Below are positions 9,198-19,688 of a DNA stretch of 64,000 nucleotides, one piece after another. Source of the stretch: an uncultured delta proteobacterium. Lineage in GTDB: Bacteria > Myxococcota_A > Polyangia > Polyangiales > Polyangiaceae. The stretch is taken from the NCBI GenBank assembly GCA_963716725.1, contig CAVQUB010000007.1, forward strand, positions 176,722 to 240,721, in the 5' to 3' direction. Made by a program: the position numbers and the translations under genes. The notes under the pieces are model-generated. The model ran no database searches and was not told the origin of the DNA. It was given only the letters and a program-made list of their open reading frames with translations. How positions within the stretch are numbered: position 1 is the first letter of the stretch; every line of letters begins with the position of its first letter.

Positions 9198-11024
9198 GTG
9201 GCGCCCGATTCCGACCTCAGCCCAAAGCTTTCTGCGGCGGTGGACGAGGCGGGCCTGGGCCTGGTGGTCACCTCTGGCACCGCCCCATCCACGCACGTCT
9301 ACGTCAGCGCCGGTGCCGCGAGCCTACTGGGCTACGCAAGAGCCGATCTCGAGCGGTTGGACAGCGCGCGCTACCTGCCCGCCGGCGTGATCAGCGATAC
9401 CTTCGACGGGTTCCGGGACGTCGCGCTCATCAAGCGCGACGGTTCTCCCTTGCGTGTGCGTCTCGCCAAGCTGCGTTCCGATGGCCAAGACGTGTTTGTG
9501 TTCCGGGGCCTACCCGCCGCTTCGGGCACGGGGACGCGTGCGGACTTCCAGCGGCTCCTGGATGCTGCCCCTGACGGCTTGGCTGTGATCGGACGGCTTG
9601 GGCTCATCTACGCGAATCCGGCGCTGCTGCGCTGGGTCGGCTTTGACGACGTGTCCGCACTGGCGAGCGCTCGCGCCACCGAGATCGTTCACACCGACGA
9701 CGTGCCGAAGGCCGCCCGGGCACTCGGAGCGTTGCTGGACGCGCCCGGCAACCGCGCCGTGCTGCGCATCCGCGCGCGCCGGACCGGCGGAGGACTGTTC
9801 GAGGCGGAGTGTGTCGGCCACGGTATCGAATGGGAGGGTCAGCGCGCGTGCCTGGTCGTCGCCCGGGATCTCTCGCAGCGTCAGCTCGATCAGTCCCGCC
9901 TCATCGTGGCCGATCGCAGCGCTTCGGTCGGGACCATGTCGGCGGGCGTGGCTCACGAGATCAACAATCCGTTGGCATATTTGCTGCTGAATCTCGAGTA
10001 TCTGATCCGCGAAGTTCCAGTTGCTGGAGATGATCGCGCGCGCCTGAACCTGCTCGCCGAACGGGTTCACGAGTCACGCCACGGCGCCGAACGGGTCGGG
10101 CACATTCTCCGAGAGTTGGGCTCGCTCTCGTCTCGGCGACGCACTCAGCGCTACGGAGTGGACCTGGGCGAGGTCATGGGCCGCGCGCTGCAAGCCGTCC
10201 ACGCCGAGATCTCGCCACGAGCGAGCATCGTGGTCGAAAACGAGAACGTTCCGCAGGTGGACGCCGACCCGAACAGCCTGGAGCAACTCTTCGTCAACAT
10301 CCTGTCGAACGCGGGCCAGGCCTTTCAGACAGACTGCCCCGGCGACAATCGGATCCTGATTCGCCTCTCATCCCGCGAAGACGGCAGCGCGCTGGTCGAG
10401 GTGAGCGACAACGGCAAGGGCATCGCGCCAGCGCATCTGAACCGGATCTTCGATCCCTTCTTCACCACCAAGCCTACAGGGACCGGCCTCGGACTTCCCA
10501 TCTCGCATGCCATCGTGCAGTCCTTTGGCGGGCAGATTTCGGCGCAGAGCCAACTCGGACACGGCACCACGTTTTGCATCGTGTTTCCTCCGGGCACAGC
10601 CCCGAAACACGAGTCGGCACGGACCTCCAGCCTGCCCGCGCCCAGCGGTCGCCGAGCGCGAGTGTTGGTGGTGGACGATGACGCGTTGGTGGCCGAGACC
10701 GTCAGTCGAGCGCTCTCGGAGAGCTACGACGTGTCCGTCGCGACCAGCGCGCGGAGCGCGCTCACCGAGCTGGAAGGGGACGCCCGCTTCGACGTCATCC
10801 TGTGCGACCTCCTGATGCCGGATATGTCGGGCATGGACCTGTATCAGGCGCTGGCTGATCGCCAACCGGGGCTCGAGGCGCGCGTGGTCTTCATGACCGG
10901 TGGCGCGTTCACGCAGCGCGCGCGTGACTTTTTGGCTCGGGTGAACAATCCCCGCCTCGAGAAGCCCTTCGAGCTCGACCACTTGCACGAGATCGTCGCC
11001 CAGCGCCTGACGCAGTACGGATGA
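9198..11024 (+). CDS. PAS-domain hybrid sensor histidine kinase/response regulator
   Basis: H-box AHEINNPL, N-box NILSNA, DNGKGI, FFTTK, GTGLGL, and a C-terminal receiver (VVDDD, DLLMP, EKPF). Confidence 0.92.
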   Translation: MAPDSDLSPKLSAAVDEAGLGLVVTSGTAPSTHVYVSAGAASLLGYARADLERLDSARYLPAGVISDTFDGFRDVALIKRDGSPLRVRLAKLRSDGQDVFVFRGLPAASGTGTRADFQRLLDAAPDGLAVIGRLGLIYANPALLRWVGFDDVSALASARATEIVHTDDVPKAARALGALLDAPGNRAVLRIRARRTGGGLFEAECVGHGIEWEGQRACLVVARDLSQRQLDQSRLIVADRSASVGTMSAGVAHEINNPLAYLLLNLEYLIREVPVAGDDRARLNLLAERVHESRHGAERVGHILRELGSLSSRRRTQRYGVDLGEVMGRALQAVHAEISPRASIVVENENVPQVDADPNSLEQLFVNILSNAGQAFQTDCPGDNRILIRLSSREDGSALVEVSDNGKGIAPAHLNRIFDPFFTTKPTGTGLGLPISHAIVQSFGGQISAQSQLGHGTTFCIVFPPGTAPKHESARTSSLPAPSGRRARVLVVDDDALVAETVSRALSESYDVSVATSARSALTELEGDARFDVILCDLLMPDMSGMDLYQALADRQPGLEARVVFMTGGAFTQRARDFLARVNNPRLEKPFELDHLHEIVAQRLTQYG

Positions 11025-11084
11025 GTGGGGGGCGGAGCCAAGGAAGCGGACCTGGCCCGGGTTCCAAGCCATCGGAGGAGACAC

Positions 11085-11642
11085 ATGGCTCAGATCAACA
11101 CGGGCTCGCGCGCAGCGTCCGGGCGGGCGACCAATCACGAATTGCCACTCGTGCCGTTCATCGACTTCCTGCTCTGTCTGGTGTCGTTCCTGCTGATTAC
11201 GGCCGTCTGGTCCCAGATGGCGCGGGTCGACGTCTCGGCCAACGTGCCCGGCAAGCAGTGCGACGACGGCCCTTGCAAGGAAGACAAGCCCAAGCGCCTG
11301 CACGTCGAAATGAAGGACAAGAAGTTCGCCCTGGCCTGGAGGCAGGGCGAGACCGTCGTCGCGACGGCGGAGGTCGAGCGCAAACCCGTACGAACCGAGT
11401 CCGGTGATGTGCGCTTCCCGGACTTGGAAAAACGCGTCGCCGAAGAGTGGCGCACTCAGGGCGTGCACAAGAGCCCCACCGACGACAAGAGCGACCAAGC
11501 CGTGTTGCACAGCCAGAACGAAACCGAGTTCGGCGAGTTGGTCGCGGTCATGGATGCGCTCCACGCGCAGCGGCGCGAGCGCCGCGTGGGCAATCTCACA
11601 GCGCAGGTTCCGGCCTTCGCCGTGACCTTCGCGGTGAACTGA
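11085..11642 (+). CDS. ExbD/TolR-family biopolymer transporter subunit
   Basis: GGAGGAG RBS and the transmembrane motif [19 protein letters not shown]. Confidence 0.85.
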   Translation: MAQINTGSRAASGRATNHELPLVPFIDFLLCLVSFLLITAVWSQMARVDVSANVPGKQCDDGPCKEDKPKRLHVEMKDKKFALAWRQGETVVATAEVERKPVRTESGDVRFPDLEKRVAEEWRTQGVHKSPTDDKSDQAVLHSQNETEFGELVAVMDALHAQRRERRVGNLTAQVPAFAVTFAVN

Positions 11643-11686
11643 CCGCGGGACGACGGCGGTGGCGCGTGCTAGCGTCGCGCCCCTTC

Positions 11687-12523
11687 ATGACTCGTCTCGA
11701 AAAGCGCCTGCTCTCGCTGGTGGCCAAGGCGAGCTCGGACTTTAACCTGATCGAGCCGGACGACCGGGTCATGGTGGCGGTCAGCGGAGGCAAGGACTCG
11801 CACTCACTGCTCTACCTGCTGCGCGAAGTGCAGCGTCGTGCGCCCTTTTCGTTTTCGCTCATTGCCGTCAACCTCGACCAGGGGCAACCGGGCTTTCCCG
11901 GCCATGTGCTGCCGGAGTACTTCGCCCGCGAGGGCTACGAACACCGCATCGTCAGCGAAGACACGTACTCCGTCGTCCGCGAGAAGATCCCCGAGGGCAA
12001 GACCTACTGCTCGCTCTGTTCGCGACTCCGGCGCGGCGTTCTGTACAACGTGGCGGTTGAGTTGGGCGCCACCAAGATCGCTCTCGGGCACCACCGCGAC
12101 GACGTGATCGAGACGTTGATCTTGAACCTGTTCTACTCGGGGCAGATGAAGGCGATGCCTCCGCGACTGCGCTCCGACGACGGCAGAAATGTGGTCATCC
12201 GCCCGCTGATTTACTGCTCGGAGCCGGACATCGCCGCCTTCGCCCAAGAGCGGGAGTTTCCCATCATTCCCTGCGAGCTGTGCGGCTCCCAGGACAACCT
12301 GCAGCGCAAGCGGGTCAAAGAACTGCTCACGCGCTTGAACGACGAGAACCCCAATGTGCGGGCCAACGTCTTCGCAGCGCTCTCCAACGTGCGTCCGACG
12401 CATTTGCTCGATCCGGAGGTGCGCCGGCGCTTTGGCGTGGACGAAGCGCGAGAGTCCGACGGGAGCGCCGCCTCGCAGCACGGCGCGCTCGTCCCGCTCG
12501 CGCTGGCCCGGCGCGCGGAGTGA
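11687..12523 (+). CDS. ttcA: tRNA 2-thiocytidine(32) synthetase
   Basis: SGGKDS PP-loop, [20 protein letters not shown] and CELCGSQ. Confidence 0.93.
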   Translation: MTRLEKRLLSLVAKASSDFNLIEPDDRVMVAVSGGKDSHSLLYLLREVQRRAPFSFSLIAVNLDQGQPGFPGHVLPEYFAREGYEHRIVSEDTYSVVREKIPEGKTYCSLCSRLRRGVLYNVAVELGATKIALGHHRDDVIETLILNLFYSGQMKAMPPRLRSDDGRNVVIRPLIYCSEPDIAAFAQEREFPIIPCELCGSQDNLQRKRVKELLTRLNDENPNVRANVFAALSNVRPTHLLDPEVRRRFGVDEARESDGSAASQHGALVPLALARRAE

Positions 12524-12593
12524 GTGCGGGTCGCGACCGAGCCCCGTCTCGAGCAGGTCCCACAAACCGTCCTCCCCGGTGGTTCGACCAGCC

Positions 12594-13076
12594 TCAGTTC
12601 AGCTGCCGGAGCTTGCACAGCATCTGCGCGGCGGTGGGGTCGTCGGGCCGAAGCTCCGCCGCTCGCTCGAACTCCGCGATGGCGCGGGTGGGCTTGCCCT
12701 GCGCCGCGTAGATACGCCCGAGGTTCAGGTGTGGGAAATGGCGAGGGTCGTAGCGCTTCGCTGCTTTCGCGCGCTCGAGCCATGGGATCGCTTCGTCGAG
12801 GCGCCCGAGCTCGATCAGATACGCACCGATGTCGTTGTAGGGGTTGCCGAAGTCCGGGTCGACGCCGATGGCGCGCTCGCACTCGGCGATCGCCGCGTCG
12901 ACGTCCCCGCGCCAGCTCAACGCCCAGCCGAGGAAGGTGTGAGCCTCACCGGTGGGGCAGACTTCGATGGATTGGCGGTAACACTCGATGGCGTCGTCGA
13001 GGCGGCGGCGCATCTGGAGCGCGCAGCCTTGCTCCCAGAGTTCGACGGCTCGGGCGTGAGGGTTTGGGTCCGGCAT
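12594..13076 (-). CDS. Tetratricopeptide repeat protein
   Basis: Successive TPR units (EAHTFLGWA, NPYNDIGAYL, FPHLNLGRIY). Confidence 0.88.
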   Translation of the reverse strand: MPDPNPHARAVELWEQGCALQMRRRLDDAIECYRQSIEVCPTGEAHTFLGWALSWRGDVDAAIAECERAIGVDPDFGNPYNDIGAYLIELGRLDEAIPWLERAKAAKRYDPRHFPHLNLGRIYAAQGKPTRAIAEFERAAELRPDDPTAAQMLCKLRQLN

Positions 13077-13228
13077 CGCCGAAAGACATGGGGCGGCGCC
13101 CCTGCCTTGGCGAGGCCTTGACGCGTCCGGGGTTTGGCCGTGCGTGGCAGAGTGCCGGGCATGGCGCCGCGTTTCTCAGCAAGTCCCGATTTCCGCTCGC
13201 GCTCGGCTGGAGATGCGGCGCTGAGTGC

Positions 13229-14767
13229 TCATCCAGACGCCAGCGCCAGCCGGCGCTTTCGCGCGCGATCGGGCGCCACGGGCGGCACTGCTTCGGCGTA
13301 ACCCCGGCCGTCCGGCGCGTGACCCAGGGCCAAGAACACCCGCTTGAACTCCGCAAATGTGCCGCCGGCTCGCACGGCCTCGGCCACGGCCAGGCCTTCC
13401 GCCTCGCCTCCCTGCGACAGCACGTGCTCGACCCACGACCACTTGGCGCTCACCGCGCGCACCTCGGCACGACCCCGAAGCCCGCGGCGCAGTCGTTCGA
13501 GGCGCCGTTGCACGGTGCCGACTCCGGCGTAGGGCATGCCGTCGAGCGGCGTGTTCTTCTTGGCGCAGAAGGGCGAGATGCCGAGAGCAACGGGGATGAT
13601 CTTCGAGAGCTCACCGACAAACTGCGCGCACTCGTCGATGTCGTCGTCCGTCTCGCCCGGAAGCCCGACCATCAGATACAGCTTCAGGCGCTCGATGCCG
13701 TGAGCGCGGGCGGCTCGAGCGGCCCCGAGGTAGTGCTGTTCGCGACCCCGGCGCTCGATCAGGTCGCGCATGCGCTGGCTCGCGCCGTCGAGGGCCGTGG
13801 TCAGTGTGCGATGCCCGGCGGCGGCGAGCACGCTCACGAAGCCGTCTCCCAAGCGATCCGGACGTAGGCTCGACAGGCCGACCCGAGTGCCCCGCTCCGC
13901 CAACGTGCGCACGATCTCTTCGATGCGAGGGTGGTCGCTCACTGCTGCGCCGACCAAGCCGACCTTGGCGGTGTCAGCGGGGATTTCGGCGAGGATCACC
14001 TCCTTGGGCACGATGCGCATGCCGCCATTGGTGGTGCGCCGCATGACACAATAGGTGCACCCGCGCGAGCACCCGCGCTCGGTCTCGATCAGAAGCATGT
14101 CCGACAGCTCCGTGTGCGGGGTGCGGATCACGCTCTTCGCCGGCAACAGTTTGTCGTCGCAGGCTGCAATGGCCGGAAGGCTGTCGCCGTGAATCGATGG
14201 CACGTACAGATTCGGGTGCGCAGCCAGCTTGGCGAGCGCCGCCGCCTTGCTCGGCGCTTCGAGCACGGCGTCCGCGGCGAAGTCGATGATTTCGTCGGCC
14301 TCGCCCAGGACCACTGCGTCCGCGTAGCCCGCGAGCGTGAGTGGATTGCTGAAAGTGAGCGGTCCCCCCATCAGCACGAAGGGTTCACGTTCGCTTCGGC
14401 GCGAGCGTTCAGCGGTGATGCCCGCGGCGTCGAGCATGCGCACGATCCCGATGATCTGAAGCTCATAGGCGACGCTGAAGGCCAAGAGCTGGAAGTCGCC
14501 GAGGGGGCGCAGCGCTTCGTAGCTGACCGGGCCTTCGACCTCGGCACCAGGGTCCTCGCCGCCGTCGTCGAGGAACACGCGTTCACAAGCGACGCCGGGC
14601 AGGGACTGAATGCAGCGGTAGACCAGCTGATAGCCCAGCGAGCTCATGCCCACCGCGTAGGGGGATGGGTACACGAGCGCGATGCGCCGGGCGGCTTCCT
14701 TGTCGATGCGGCCGACCTCGTCCGCCAGGCGCTGACGGATGAGTCGGCGCGTGGCATCCGAGGGCAT
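13229..14767 (-). CDS. Radical SAM protein (B12-binding-like N-terminal domain)
   Basis: YPSPYAVGMSSLG, ERGCSRGCTYC (CxxxCxxC) and LYLMVGLPGET. Confidence 0.88.
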   Translation of the reverse strand: MPSDATRRLIRQRLADEVGRIDKEAARRIALVYPSPYAVGMSSLGYQLVYRCIQSLPGVACERVFLDDGGEDPGAEVEGPVSYEALRPLGDFQLLAFSVAYELQIIGIVRMLDAAGITAERSRRSEREPFVLMGGPLTFSNPLTLAGYADAVVLGEADEIIDFAADAVLEAPSKAAALAKLAAHPNLYVPSIHGDSLPAIAACDDKLLPAKSVIRTPHTELSDMLLIETERGCSRGCTYCVMRRTTNGGMRIVPKEVILAEIPADTAKVGLVGAAVSDHPRIEEIVRTLAERGTRVGLSSLRPDRLGDGFVSVLAAAGHRTLTTALDGASQRMRDLIERRGREQHYLGAARAARAHGIERLKLYLMVGLPGETDDDIDECAQFVGELSKIIPVALGISPFCAKKNTPLDGMPYAGVGTVQRRLERLRRGLRGRAEVRAVSAKWSWVEHVLSQGGEAEGLAVAEAVRAGGTFAEFKRVFLALGHAPDGRGYAEAVPPVAPDRARKRRLALASG

Positions 14768-14786
14768 CGGCTCAGGCGTACAACGC

Positions 14787-14805
14787 CATGGCGCGCCGCG
14801 CCATG
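14787..14805. promoter_or_regulatory. Perfect palindrome CATGGCGCG-C-CGCGCCATG in a divergent intergenic region (candidate operator)
   Basis: 9-bp arms with a 1-nt spacer, between divergent starts at 14767 and 14860. Confidence 0.4.
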
Positions 14806-14859
14806 AAAGGTTCCGCGCCGGGGTTGCGAGGCCAGGGAGCGCTGGGCCATATTCCCGGC

Positions 14860-16110
14860 ATGCCGAGCCATCCGCCTCGCAGTGACGAACTCGTTTACGA
14901 CTGGAACGAGATCGCACGCAAGGGTCGAGTCATCCCCAGCGGCGTCGAGTTCTTCGACGAGACCTTGCGGGACGGACTGCAAAACCCCAGCGTCAAAGAT
15001 CCGAACATCGACGACAAGCTGGCCCTGCTCCACTTGATGGACAAGCTCGGCATTCAGCGGGCCGACATCGGCCTGCCCGGTTCGAGCAAGCGCGCTTTCG
15101 ACGACTGCCTGCGCATGTGCCAGGAGGTCGTGAATCACAAGCTGAAGATCCGCGTGGCCTGCGCCGGCCGCACGGTGCCGGGGGACATCACGCCGATGGT
15201 CGAGCTTTCGCAGCGCGCGGGCATCCCGGTGGAGGTCTACGCCTTCGTCGGCTCGAGCCCCATCCGCGCGCTGGCGGAGGAGTGGGATCTCGACCTGATC
15301 AAGAAACGCAGCGCCGAGGCCATCGACGTCGGGGTCAAGGGCGGCCTTCAGGTCTGCTACGTCACCGAAGACACGACTCGCAGCCGTCCTGAGGTCCTCT
15401 CGGAGCTCTTCCGCCTGGCCGTCGATCATGGCGCGTCGCGGCTGTGTTTGTGTGACACCGTGGGTCACGCCACTCCCGACGGTGTGCGCAACTTGATCCA
15501 GTTCACGCAGGCCCTGATCGCCGGCATGGGCGCCGACGTCGGCATCGACTGGCACGGTCACAACGATCGCGGTCTGGGCTTGGTCAACGCCATCTACGCC
15601 CTCGAATGGGGCGCGACCCGAGTTCACGCCTGCGCGCTCGGAGTCGGTGAGCGGGTCGGCAACGCGCAGATGGAGCTCATCCTGCTGAACCTCAAGCTGC
15701 TCGGCATGCTCGAGAACCAGGACCTGACTCACCTCGTCGAGTACTGCGAGACCGCGGCCCGGGCCGTGGGTTGGGAGATCCCGATCAACTATCCGCTCGT
15801 GGGAAAGGACGCGTTCCGGACCGCGACCGGTGTGCACGCGGCCGCCATCATCAAGGCGCAGGCCAAGGGCGACGCCTGGCTCGCCGATCGCATCTACAGC
15901 GGCGTGCCGGCTGGCATGTTCGGCCGACAGCAAGAGATCGTCATCGGCTACATGTCGGGCGCCAGCAACGTGACCTATTGGCTCAAGACCAGGAAGATCG
16001 AGCCCAGCGAGGCGCTCGTGAAAGCCATCCTGGCCAAGGCCAAAGACAGCGATCACATCCTCACCGAAGCCGAAGTGATGTCGGTGGTGCAAGCGAACGC
16101 AGCAAGCTGA
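14860..16110 (+). CDS. LeuA/DRE-TIM family synthase (2-isopropylmalate/homocitrate/citramalate synthase-like), no regulatory domain
   Basis: DETLRDGLQ, DTVG, HGHNDRGL, GERVGN and GVHA motifs. About 416 aa. Confidence 0.85.
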   Translation: MPSHPPRSDELVYDWNEIARKGRVIPSGVEFFDETLRDGLQNPSVKDPNIDDKLALLHLMDKLGIQRADIGLPGSSKRAFDDCLRMCQEVVNHKLKIRVACAGRTVPGDITPMVELSQRAGIPVEVYAFVGSSPIRALAEEWDLDLIKKRSAEAIDVGVKGGLQVCYVTEDTTRSRPEVLSELFRLAVDHGASRLCLCDTVGHATPDGVRNLIQFTQALIAGMGADVGIDWHGHNDRGLGLVNAIYALEWGATRVHACALGVGERVGNAQMELILLNLKLLGMLENQDLTHLVEYCETAARAVGWEIPINYPLVGKDAFRTATGVHAAAIIKAQAKGDAWLADRIYSGVPAGMFGRQQEIVIGYMSGASNVTYWLKTRKIEPSEALVKAILAKAKDSDHILTEAEVMSVVQANAAS

Positions 16111-16193
16111 CGTGTGCACGCCATCCGCGCCGAGCAGCTCCTCCCCGCGGAGGGGTTGAGCGATAGCCCTTACGCACCCCAACGAGGCCCGCA

Positions 16194-17432
16194 ATGAGCA
16201 TGAACGCGACCGAGACCACCAACTACTACCTAGGCCAGGCGTTCGAGCTGCTGAAGCTGTCTCCTCGCTACAAGACCCTGCTGGTCACGCCGAGTCGGGA
16301 GCTCCGCGTCGAGATCGCCATCGAGCTCGACGACGGTAACATCGGGAACTTCATTGGCTATCGCATCCAGCACGACAACTCCCGCGGGCCCTACAAAGGT
16401 GGGCTGCGCTACCACCCCGATGTGGATCTGGACGAAGTGCGGTCCCTCGCCAGCTTGATGACCTGGAAGACCGCAGTGGTGAACGTGCCCTTTGGTGGCG
16501 CCAAGGGAGGGATCCAGGTCGATCCCAGCAAGCTGAGCCGGCGGGAGCTCGAGCGGCTCAGCCGCCGATTCATCGACCAGATCGCGGAGCTGATCGGCCC
16601 CGACACCGACATCCCGGCCCCCGACATGAACACCAACGCCGCAGTGATGGCGTGGATGTTCGACGAGTACAGCAGGCGCTACGGATTTTCTCCGGGCGTG
16701 GTCACGGGCAAGCCGGTCGAGCTGCACGGATCCTTCGGGCGCGACGCGGCCACTGGGCGCGGCTGCATGATCGCCATCCGCGAGGTGCTGGCCGCCGATG
16801 GACGAACCATCCGGGGAACGCGCTTCGCGGTCCAAGGTTTCGGCAACGTCGGCAGCTGGTTCGCGAAGCTGGTGCACGCCGAAGGCGGGCGCGTGATCGC
16901 CGTCAGCGACGTCAAGGGCGGCATCATCAACCCCGAAGGGCTGGACATCCCCGGAGTGGCCGAGCACGCCAAGGCGACCGGTAGCGTGGTCGGGTTCCCC
17001 GGCAGTGCGCCGATTTCCAACGAAGAGCTGTTGGTCGCGGACTGCGACGTGCTGGTGCCCGCCGCGCTGGGACACGTGCTCACCCGGGACAACGCGGAGA
17101 AGGTGCAGGCCAAGTGGGTGGTCGAGGCCGCCAACGGACCGACCACCATGGAGGCCGATCAGATCTTCAATCGGCGCGGCGTGGTGTGTTTGCCCGACAT
17201 CTGGGCCAATGCCGGCGGCGTGACGGTGTCCTATTTCGAGTGGACGCAGAACACGGCGAAGTACCGCTGGACCGAGGAGCAAGTGAACCGCGAGCTCGAT
17301 CGGCACATGGTCGAGGCGTGGAAATCGATCCAAAACATGATGAAGCAACACGGTTGCTCCATGCGGACCGCAGCTTTCGCTCTGGCCGTCTGTCGAGTCA
17401 AAGAAGCCACCGACTTGCGTGGGCTCGGGTGA
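16194..17432 (+). CDS. gdhA: Glu/Leu/Phe/Val dehydrogenase, probably glutamate dehydrogenase
   Basis: GPYKGGLRYHP, GGAKGG, DIPAPD, VTGKP, QGFGNVG and NAGGVTVSYFEW. Confidence 0.9.
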   Translation: MSMNATETTNYYLGQAFELLKLSPRYKTLLVTPSRELRVEIAIELDDGNIGNFIGYRIQHDNSRGPYKGGLRYHPDVDLDEVRSLASLMTWKTAVVNVPFGGAKGGIQVDPSKLSRRELERLSRRFIDQIAELIGPDTDIPAPDMNTNAAVMAWMFDEYSRRYGFSPGVVTGKPVELHGSFGRDAATGRGCMIAIREVLAADGRTIRGTRFAVQGFGNVGSWFAKLVHAEGGRVIAVSDVKGGIINPEGLDIPGVAEHAKATGSVVGFPGSAPISNEELLVADCDVLVPAALGHVLTRDNAEKVQAKWVVEAANGPTTMEADQIFNRRGVVCLPDIWANAGGVTVSYFEWTQNTAKYRWTEEQVNRELDRHMVEAWKSIQNMMKQHGCSMRTAAFALAVCRVKEATDLRGLG

Positions 17433-18400
17433 CGCTCGGCCGCTGTGCGCTGGCGGCGACGCTCGCGCTGGCAGCGTGCCGTGATCCGGCGCCGCCGCCG
17501 ACCCCGCGCGCGGAGCCGGCGATGGCACCGCCCGCGGCGTCGGTCGCAGCGCCACCGGTCGAGCTGTCCAGCCCGGTCGCGTCTCCCTCGACCCCGGCCG
17601 CCCCCGATGCCGCCGCCAGCTCCGCCGCGTACCCCTGGCTAGCCACCCCGGGTCTCGAACCCAAACCCACCGACACGATCCGCCGGCGCTTCGCGCCTCC
17701 GGCGGGGTTCGTACGCGCGCGCGTTGCGGCCAAGAGCTTCGCGGGGTGGTTGCGCGATCTCCCGCTCGCGGCTCCCGAGACCCCCGTGCGAGCCTACGAC
17801 GGGCGCGTGCTGCATGCGGCGACCGACTCGCGCATCGCCGGGGTCGTCGCCCTCGATGTCAGCCCCACGGATTTGCAGCAATGCGCCGACTCGGTGATGC
17901 GACTGCATGCGGAGTGGCTCTGGTCGAAGGGCGAGCGCAACATGAGCTACCGGGCCGCTGCGGGGCTGGCGCTGCCGTGGTCGCGCTGGTCGCGCGGGGA
18001 ACGCATCGTGCCGTCCGGTGCGAACATCCAGTGGGTTCCAGCAGGCAAGCCAGTCAGCGACCACGCGGCATTTCGCAAGTACTTGGACGCGGTGTTTGCC
18101 TGGGCCAACACCGTGAGCCTCGAGAAGCAGGCGAAGCCCGTAGAGCCCGATCAGATCCGCGCGGGCGACTTCTTCATCCTGCCCGGCAACCCAGGCCACG
18201 CGGTGCTCGTGCTCGATGTCGCCGAGAAGGGCGACCAGAGGGTGGCGCTCCTGGGGCAGAGCTTCATGCCCGCGCAGAACACCCAGGTGCTGCGTCCCGC
18301 CGACGGCGGCCCGTGGTTTCGCCTCGATCCGTCGAAAGCCGTTGACACGCCGTTCTGGAAGCCGTTTCCGTGGGCCTCGCTCAGGCGGCTCCCGGAATGA
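17429..18400 (+). CDS. DUF4846-domain lipoprotein
   Basis: GTG start overlaps the gdh stop. Lipobox LAAC, DLQQCADSVMRLHAE, PGHAVLV and QSFMPAQ. Confidence 0.75.
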   Translation: MTLGRCALAATLALAACRDPAPPPTPRAEPAMAPPAASVAAPPVELSSPVASPSTPAAPDAAASSAAYPWLATPGLEPKPTDTIRRRFAPPAGFVRARVAAKSFAGWLRDLPLAAPETPVRAYDGRVLHAATDSRIAGVVALDVSPTDLQQCADSVMRLHAEWLWSKGERNMSYRAAAGLALPWSRWSRGERIVPSGANIQWVPAGKPVSDHAAFRKYLDAVFAWANTVSLEKQAKPVEPDQIRAGDFFILPGNPGHAVLVLDVAEKGDQRVALLGQSFMPAQNTQVLRPADGGPWFRLDPSKAVDTPFWKPFPWASLRRLPE

Positions 18401-19683
18401 CGCAGACCAAGACCTCGCGGAAGAAGGCCAAGGCCAAGGCCGAAGCCGAAGAGAAACTCCCGCCCCCAGAACGCCGGGAGCGGCGATCGCTGTCCCACGT
18501 CGGTGGCGCGGTCGAGATCGCGGGTCCCGACCTCGAGGCCGCCAGGGTGTTGAAGCGCGCTCTCGATGTGCGGGCCGACGAAGCCAGCACCATGCGCCAC
18601 GTGCACGGCTTCCACAGCTATCCGGCTCGGCTGCACCCCGACACCGCGGCACGGCTGATCGAAGGTCTGTCGAAACCCGGGGACACGGTGCTCGATCCAT
18701 TCTGCGGCAGCGGGACCATCTTGGTCGAGGCGCACCGGCTCGGGCGTCGCGCCCTGGGCATCGACGCGAACCCGCTGGCCATCGAGCTCGCGAAGCTCAA
18801 GACCCTCGGGCTTGGCACCCGCGAGACGGCGACCCTGGTGCAGACCGCGGAGGCCATTTACGAGAAGGCCGACAAGCGCCGCCTCGCCAAGGCCGCGCCC
18901 ACCCGGCGCTACGGGCCCGAAGATCGCGAGCTCTTCGACATCCACGTGCTGCTCGAGCTCGACAGCATCGCCAGCGGCATCGACGAGCTGCCCCGCGGCG
19001 AGATGAAACGAGCGTTGTTTTTGGTGTTTTCGGCCATGCTGACCAAGGTGAGCAAGCAGCCGGGTGACACCACCGGCCGCAAGGCGCCGCGCCGTTTGCC
19101 CGCCGGCTTTGCGCTTCAGTTTTTCGTCAAGAAGACCGAGGAGCTGGTGCGCCGCCTCGAGCAGTACGCCGCGTTGGTTCCGGATCGCAGGGTCGAGGTG
19201 AAGGTCGGGCCGGGCGACGCTCGCTACCTGGAGCGGATCCGCGCGGGCTCGGTGGCTCTGATCGTGACCTCACCGCCTTATCCGGGCGTGTACGACTATC
19301 ACGCGCATCACGCAACGCGCCTGCGTTGGCTCGAGCTCGAATCCGAGCGCTTCGAGCGCTTCGAGATCGGCTCGCGCCGCGGCGCGCGCGGCAAGAGCTT
19401 CGAGATGGCGCTCGGGACCTGGCGCCGGGAGCTTGGAGCATCGCTGGCCGAGATGGCTCGGGTGATCTCGGCGAAGGGAGCTGCGGCGCTGATCATCGCC
19501 GACAGCGTGATCGCCGGTCGCGCGCTCCGGGCTGAGGAGTTGACGGTTGACCTCGCGCGCAACGCCGGCCTCGTGCTGGCGGCCCGCGCTTCACAGAAGC
19601 GCCCGCATTTCCACCTGGCGACCCAGTCCGCGTTCCGCGGGGCGCCGCGGCGTGAGCACGTGCTCTTGGTCCGCAAAGCGTAG
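18397..19683 (+). CDS. Orphan amino-DNA methyltransferase (SPPY; N4-C or N6-A type)
   Basis: HGFHSYPA, motif I VLDPFCGSGT, and motif IV IVTSPPY. No adjacent endonuclease. Confidence 0.8.
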   Translation: MTQTKTSRKKAKAKAEAEEKLPPPERRERRSLSHVGGAVEIAGPDLEAARVLKRALDVRADEASTMRHVHGFHSYPARLHPDTAARLIEGLSKPGDTVLDPFCGSGTILVEAHRLGRRALGIDANPLAIELAKLKTLGLGTRETATLVQTAEAIYEKADKRRLAKAAPTRRYGPEDRELFDIHVLLELDSIASGIDELPRGEMKRALFLVFSAMLTKVSKQPGDTTGRKAPRRLPAGFALQFFVKKTEELVRRLEQYAALVPDRRVEVKVGPGDARYLERIRAGSVALIVTSPPYPGVYDYHAHHATRLRWLELESERFERFEIGSRRGARGKSFEMALGTWRRELGASLAEMARVISAKGAAALIIADSVIAGRALRAEELTVDLARNAGLVLAARASQKRPHFHLATQSAFRGAPRREHVLLVRKA

Positions 19684-19688
19684 AGCGC

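Noticed and set aside
13165..13220. Imperfect hairpin between the radical SAM and TPR genes (similar one at ~36394-36428)
   Set aside because: GC-rich stems without a U-tract or recognisable ncRNA motif. Not distinguishable from chance.
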